NCBI RefSeq assembly: GCF_009914755.1
Contig: NC_060937.1
Source of the DNA: the human T2T-CHM13v2.0 reference genome, Homo sapiens
DNA length: 64,000 bases
Reading direction: 5' to 3' (one strand)
Shown here: positions 57,001-64,000 of the stretch, in pieces
Layout: each line of letters starts with the position of its first letter
Numbering within the stretch: the first letter of the stretch is position 1
Made by a program: the position numbers and the translations under genes
Notes under the pieces: model-generated
The model's input: the letters and a program-made list of their open reading frames with translations, nothing else
Told to the model about the DNA's origin: nothing
Databases searched by the model: none

Positions 57001-60000
57001 AAGAACACCAGATATATATTCTATAGTGTACATAAAATAACAAAGTACACAAACTATAAATTATATACTGTACATAAAATATGAAATTACATCAAATATA
57101 TATTAGGTATATAAAATATGAAAGTACATCAAATATAGATTATATACTGTACATAAAATATCAATGAACCCCAAATATATATTTTATACTCTACATGAAA
57201 TATCAAAGTTCACAATCCATATATTATATACTGTACATAAAATATCAAAGTACCCAAGGTATATATTCTATACTATACAAAAAATATCAAAGTACCCAAA
57301 GCATGTATTATATACTGTACATAAAATATGAAAGTAGATCAAATATATATTTTATTCTGTACATATAATATCAAAGTACACCAGATATATATTCTATAGT
57401 GTACATAAAATATCAAAGTACCCAAAATATACATTATATACTGTACATAAAATATGAAATTACATCAAATATATATTAGGTACATAAAATATGAAAGTAC
57501 ATCAAATATAGATTATATACTGTACATAAAATATCAAAGTACCCCAAATATATATTATATACTCTACATGAAATATCAATGTTCACAAACCATATATTAT
57601 ATACTGTATATAAAATATCAAAGTACCCAAGGCATATATTCTATACTGTACAAAAAATATCAAAGTACCCAAACCATGTATTATATACTGTATATAAAAT
57701 ATGAAAATACATCAAATATATATTTTATTCTGTACATAAAATATCAAAGTACACCAGATATATATTCTATAGTGTACATAAAATATCAAAGTACCCAAAC
57801 TATACATTATATACTGTACATAAAATATGAGATTACATCAAATATATATTATATTAGGTACATAAAATATGAAAGTACACCAGATATAGATTATATACTG
57901 TACATGAAATATGAAAGTTCACAAACTATATATTATATACTGTACATAAAATATCAAAGTACCCAAGGTATATATTCTATACTGTACAAAAAATATCAAA
58001 GTACCCAAAGCATGTATTTTATACTGTACATAAAATATGAAAGTACATCAAATATATATTTTATTCTGTACATAAAATATCAAAGTACACCAGATATATA
58101 TTCTATAGTGTACATAAAATAACAAAGTACACAAACTATACATTATATACTGTACATAAAATATGAAATTACATCAAATATATATTAGGTAGATAAAATA
58201 TGAAAGTACATCAAATATAGGTTATATACTGTACATAAAATATCAAAGTACCCCAAATATATATTATATACTCTACATGAAATATCAAAGTTCACAAACT
58301 ATATATTATATACTGTACATAAAATATCAAAGTACCCAAAGTATATATTCTATACTGTACAAAAAATATCAAAGTACCCAAAGTATGTATTATATACTGT
58401 ATATAAAATATGAAAGTACATCAAATATATATTTTATTCTGTACATAAAATATCAAAGTACACCAGATATATATTCTATAGTGTACATAAAATATCAAAG
58501 TACCCAAAATATACATTATATACTGTACATAAAATATGAAATTGCAACAAATATATATTAGGTACATAAAATATGAAAGTACATCAAATATAGATTATAT
58601 ACTGTACATTAAATACCAAAGTAACCCAAATATATATTTTATACTGTACATGAAATATCAAAGTTCACAAACTATATATTATATACTGTACATATAATAT
58701 CAAAGTACCCAAGGTATATATTCTATACTGTACAAAGTAACAAAGTAACAAAAGCATGTATTATATACTGTACCTAAAACATGAAAGTACATCAAATATA
58801 TATTTTATTCTGTACATAAATTATCAAACTACACCAGATATATATTCTATAGTGTACATAAAATAACAAAGTACACAAACTATAAATTATATACTGTATA
58901 TAAAATATGAAATTACATCAAATATATATTAGGTACAAAAATATGAAAGTACATAAAATATAGATTATATACTGTACATAAAATATCAATGTACCCCAAA
59001 TATATATTTTATACTCTACATGAAATATCAAAGTTCACAAACCATATATTATATACTGTACATAAAATATCAAAGTACCCAAGGTATATATACTATACTG
59101 TACAAAAAATATCAAAGTACCCAAAGCATGTATTATATACTGTACATAAAATATGAAAGTACATCAAATATATATTTTATTCTTTACATAAAATATCAAA
59201 GTACACCAGATATATATTCTATAGTGTACATAAAATATCAAAGTTCCCAAACTATACATTATATACTGTACATAAAATATGAAATTACATCAAATATATA
59301 TTATATTAGGTACATAAAATATGAAAGTACATCAAATATAGATTATATACTGTACATAATATATCAAAGTACCCCAAATATATATTATATACTATACATG
59401 AAATATCAAAGTTCACAAACTATATATTATATACTGTACAAAAAATATCAAAGTACCCAAGGTATATATTCTATACTGTACAAAAAATATCAAAGTACCC
59501 AAAGCATGTATTATATACTATACATAAAATATGAAATTACATCAAATATGTATTAGGTACATAAAATATGAAAGTACATCAAATATAGATTATATACTGT
59601 ACATAAAATATCAAAGTACCCCAAATATATATTATATACTCTACATGAAATATCAAAGTTCACAAACCATATATTATATACTGTACATAAAATATCAAAG
59701 TACCCAAGGTATATATTCTATACTGCACAAAAAATATCAAAGTACCCAAAGCATGTATTATATACTGTACATAAAATATGAAAGTACATCAATTACATAT
59801 TTTATTCTGTACATAAAATATCAAAGTACACCAGATATATATTCTATAGTGTACATAAAATAACAAAGTACACAAACTATACATTATATACTGTACATAA
59901 AATATGAAATTACATCAAATATATATTAGGTAGATAAAATATGAAAGTACATCAAATATAGGTTATATACTGTACATAAAATATCAAAGTACCCCAAATA

Positions 60001-60230
60001 TATATTATATACTCTACATGAAATATCAAAGTTCACAAACTATATATTATATACTGTACATAAAATATCAAAGTACCCAAAGTATATATTCTATACTGTA
60101 CAAAAAATATCAAAGTACCCAAAGTATGTATTATATACTGTATATAAAATATGAAAGTACATCAAATATATATTTTATTCTGTACATAAAATATCAAAGT
60201 ACACCAGATATATATTCTATAGTGTACATA
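54100..60230 (+). repeat. Duplication with 4329-bp offset (about 54100-55490 vs about 58430-59820), plus one HOR repeated at 1741 bp (58186 and 59927)
   Basis: Identical ORFs 54691/59020; near-identical 55202/59531. Markers GAAATTGCAAC and TACAAAGTAACAAAGTAAC are shared. GGTAGATAAA, TAGGTTAT and AAAGTATG occur at the 58186 and 59927 HORs (ORFs 58277/60018). Confidence 0.85.
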
Positions 60231-62780
60231 AAATAACAAAGTACACAAACTATACATTTTATACTGTACATAAAATATGAAATTACATAAAATATATATT
60301 AGGTACATAATATATGAAAGTACATCAAATATAGATTATATACTGTACATAAAATATCAATGTACCCCAAATATATATTTTATACTCTACATGAAATATC
60401 ATAGTTCACAAACTATATATTATATACTGTACATAAAATATCAAAGTACCCTAGGTATATATTCTATACTGTACAAAAAATATCAAAGTACCCAAAGCAT
60501 GTATTATATACTGTACATAAAATATGAAAGTACATCAAATATATATTTTATTCTGTACATAAAATATCAAAGTACACCAGATATATATTCTATAGTGTAC
60601 ATAAAATAACAAAGTACACAAACTATAAATTATATACTCTACGGAAAATATGAAATTACATCAAATATATATTAGGTACATAAAATATGAAAGTACATCA
60701 AATATAGATTATATACTGTACATATAATATCAATGTACCCCGAATATATATTTTATACTCTACATGAAATATCAAAGTTCACAAACCATACATTATATAC
60801 TGTACATAAAATATCAAAATACCCAAGGTATATATTCTATACTGTACAAAAAATATCAAAGTACCCAAAGCATGTATTATATACTGTACATAAAATATGA
60901 AAGTACATCAAATATATATTTTATTCTGTACATAAAATATCAAAGTACACCAGATATATATTCTATAGTGTACATAAAATATCAAAGTACCCAAACTATA
61001 CTTTATATACTGTACATAAAATATGAAATTACATCAAATATATATTATATTAGGTACATAAAATATGAAAGTACATCAAATATAGATTATATACTGTACA
61101 TTAAATACGAAAGTACCCCAAATATATATTTTATACTGTACATGAAATATCAAAGTTCACAAACTATATATTATATACTGTACATAAAATATCAAAGTAC
61201 CCAAGGTATATATTCTATACTGTACAAAAAATATCAAAGTACCCAAAGCATGTATTATAAACTGTACATAAAATATGAAAGTACATCAAATATATATTTT
61301 ATTCTGTACATAAAATATCAAAGTACACCAGATATATATTCTATAGTGTGCATAAAATATCAAAGTACCCAAACTATACATTATATACTGTACATAAAAT
61401 ATGAAATTACATCAAATATATATTATATTAGGTACATAAAATATGAAAGTACATCAAATATAGATTATATACTGTACATAAAATATCAAAGTACCCCAAA
61501 TATATATTATATACTCTACGTGAAATATCAAAGTTCACATACTATATATTATATACTGTACATAAAATACCAAAGTACCCAAGCTATATATTCTATACTG
61601 CACAAAAAATATCAAAGTACCCAAAGCATGTATTATAAACTGTACATAAAATATGAAAGTACATCAAATATATATTTTATTCTGTACATAAAATATCAAA
61701 GTACACCAGATATATATTCTATAGTGTACATAAAATATCAAAGTACACAAAACTATACATTATGTACTGTACATAAAATATGAAATTACATCAATATATA
61801 TTAGGTACATAAAACATGAAAGTACATCAAATATAGATTATATACTGTACATAAAATATCAAAGTACCCCAAATATATATTATATACTCTACATGAAATA
61901 TCAAAGTTCACAAACTATATATTATATACCGTACATAAAATATCAAAGTACCCAAGGTATATATTCTATACTGTACAAAAAATATCAAAGTACCTAAAGC
62001 ATGTATTATATACTGTATATAAAATATGAAAGTACATCAAATATATATTTTATTCTGTACATAAAAATCAAAGTACACCAGATATATATTCTATAGTGTA
62101 CATAAAATAACAAAGTACACAAACTATAAATTATATACTGTACATAAAATATGAAATTACATCAAATATATATTAGGTACATAAAATATGAAAGTACATC
62201 AAATATAGATTATATACTGTACATAAAATATCAATGTACCCCAAATATATACTTTATACTCTACATGAAATATCAAAGTTCACAATCCATATATTATATA
62301 CTGTACATAAAATATCAAAGTACCCAAGGTATATATTCTATACTATACAAAAAATATCAAAGTACCCAAAGCATGTATTATATACTGTACATAAAATATG
62401 AAAGTACATCAAATATATATTTTATTCTGTACATATAATATCAAAGTACACCAGATATATATTCTATAGTGTACATAAAATATCAAAGTACCCAAAATAT
62501 ACATTATATACTGTACATAAAATATGAAATTACATCAAATATATATTATATTAGGTACATAAAATATGAAAGTACATCAAATATAGATTATATACTGTAC
62601 ATAAAATATCAAAGTACCCCAATTATATATTATATACTCTACATGAAATATCAAAGTTCACAAACTATATATTATATACTGTATATAAAATATCAAAGTA
62701 CCCAAGGCATATATTCTATACTGTACAAAAAATATCAAAGTACCCAAAGCATGTATTATATACTGTATATAAAATATGAA
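56360..62780 (+). repeat. Older duplication with about 5070-bp offset (about 56360-57700 vs about 61430-62780)
   Basis: Shared 1-bp indels (CACAAAACTAT, CATCAATATA, CATAAAAATCA) and SNVs (CTCTACGTG, ATACCGTAC, CCTAAAGC, CACAATCCAT). ORF ends 56713/61783. Confidence 0.82.
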
Positions 62781-64000
62781 TGTACATCAAATATATATTT
62801 TATTCTGTACATAACATATCAAAGTACACAAGATATATATTCTATAGTGTACACAAAATAACAAAGTACACAAACTATAAATTATATACTGTACATAAAA
62901 TATGAAGTTGCATCAAATATATATTAGGTACATAAAATATGAAAGTACATCAAATATAGATTATATACTGTACATAAAATATCAATGTACCCCAAATATA
63001 TATTTTATACTCGACATGAAATATCAAAGTTCACAAACCATATATTATTTACTGTACATAAAATATCAAAGTACCCAAGGTATATATTCTATACTGTACA
63101 AAAAATATCAAAGTACCCAAAGCATGTATTATATACTGTACATAAAATATGAAACTACATCAAATATATTTTTTATTCTGTATATAAAATATCAAAGTAC
63201 ACCAGATATATATTCTATAGTGTACATAAAATATCAAATTACCCAAACTATACATTATATACTGCACATAAAATATGAAATTACATCAAATATATATTAT
63301 ATTAGGTACATAAAATATGAAAGTACATCAAATATAGATTATATACTGTACATAAAATATCAAAGTACCCCAAATATATATTATATACTGTACATGAAAT
63401 ATCAAAGTTCACAAACTATATATTATATACTGTACATAAAATATCAAAGTACCCAAGGTATATATTCTATACTGTACAAAAAATATCAAAGTACCCAAAG
63501 CATGTATTATATACTGTACATAAAATATGAAAGTACATCAAATATATATTTTATTCTGTACATAAAATATCAAAGTACACCAGATATATATTCTATAGTG
63601 TACATAAAATAACAAAGTACACAAACCATAAATTATATACTGTACATAAAATATGACATTACATCAAATATATATTAGGTACTTAAAATATGAAAGAACA
63701 TCAAATATAGATTATATACTGTACATAAAATATCAATGTACCCCAAATATATATTTTATACTCTACATGAAATATCAAAGTTCACAAACTATATATTATA
63801 TACTGTACATAAAATATCAAAGTACCCAAGGTATATATTCTATACTGTACAAAAAATATCAAAGTACCCAAAGCATGTATTATATACTGTACATAAAATA
63901 TGAAATTACATCAAATATATATTTTATTCTGTACATAAAATATCAAAGTACACCAGATATATATTCTATAGTGTACATAAAATATCAAAGTACCCAAACT

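Larger units (their letters stand above)
1..64000 (+). repeat. Human Satellite 1A (HSat1A / SAR) tandem array, 42-bp monomer, running off both window ends
   Basis: Continuous 42-bp periodicity, e.g. 1-42 ACTGTACATAAAATATCAAAGTACCCCAAATATATATTATAT. GTAC (RsaI) sites cut it into ACATAAAATAT(C/G)AAAGT (17 bp) plus a 25-bp AC..CAAATATATATTATATACTGT subunit, the classical satellite 1 A/B units. Same orientation throughout; no non-satellite sequence seen. Roughly 1,500 monomers (64000/~42). Confidence 0.96.

Noticed and set aside
58186-60230. Mobile element with target-site duplication
   Set aside because: The inserted segment is plain satellite copied from 4.3 kb upstream, without terminal repeats or a poly(A) tail; recombination explains it.
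50-63612. Well over a hundred + strand ORFs as protein-coding genes
   Set aside because: They are translations of the satellite (42 and 378 are multiples of 3). Starts and stops track HOR variants, stops and frameshifts are freely tolerated, and there is no non-repetitive domain.
1-64000. CRISPR-like array (conserved 17-bp part plus more variable 25-bp part)
   Set aside because: The variable parts are homologous to each other and cycle with period nine. There are no unique spacers, no leader and no cas genes.
1-64000. Transposon insertions, inversions or boundaries with other satellites
   Set aside because: None seen on reading through; every line conforms to the same-strand 42-bp pattern. 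A very short insertion could have been missed by eye.
1-64000. Assignment to a specific chromosome or to an active centromere
   Set aside because: There is no unique flanking sequence, alpha satellite or CENP-B box. Assignment needs alignment to T2T assemblies.

Overview
The whole 64 kb window is one uninterrupted, single-orientation, very AT-rich tandem satellite array. It matches classical Human Satellite 1A (HSat1A/SAR; human or a closely related ape, chromosome not determinable from this window). The 42-bp monomer consists of a 17-bp and a 25-bp GTAC-delimited subunit. Monomers form a 9-monomer higher-order repeat (HOR) of 378 bp, or more often 373 bp after a 5-bp deletion in one monomer. 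I found no genes, RNA genes, transposons, inversions or CRISPR. All listed ORFs arise because 42 and 378 are multiples of 3. The informative content is (i) a nested hierarchy of duplications: 373/378, 744-745, 1129, 1875, about 2.6 kb, 4122, 4329, 4878, 5070 and 7093 bp, plus paralogous blocks 15-42 kb apart; (ii) variant HORs of 4, 6, 7, 8 and 10 monomers that expose a hidden 3-monomer sub-period; and (iii) strand-asymmetric RNA motifs. The + strand carries about 6 perfect Pumilio elements (UGUANAUA) per HOR, and the - strand carries one canonical-looking poly(A) site per HOR. The functional ideas are hypotheses only. Block boundaries were placed by eye from diagnostic variants and ORF-track offsets and are approximate (about +/-50-100 bp).
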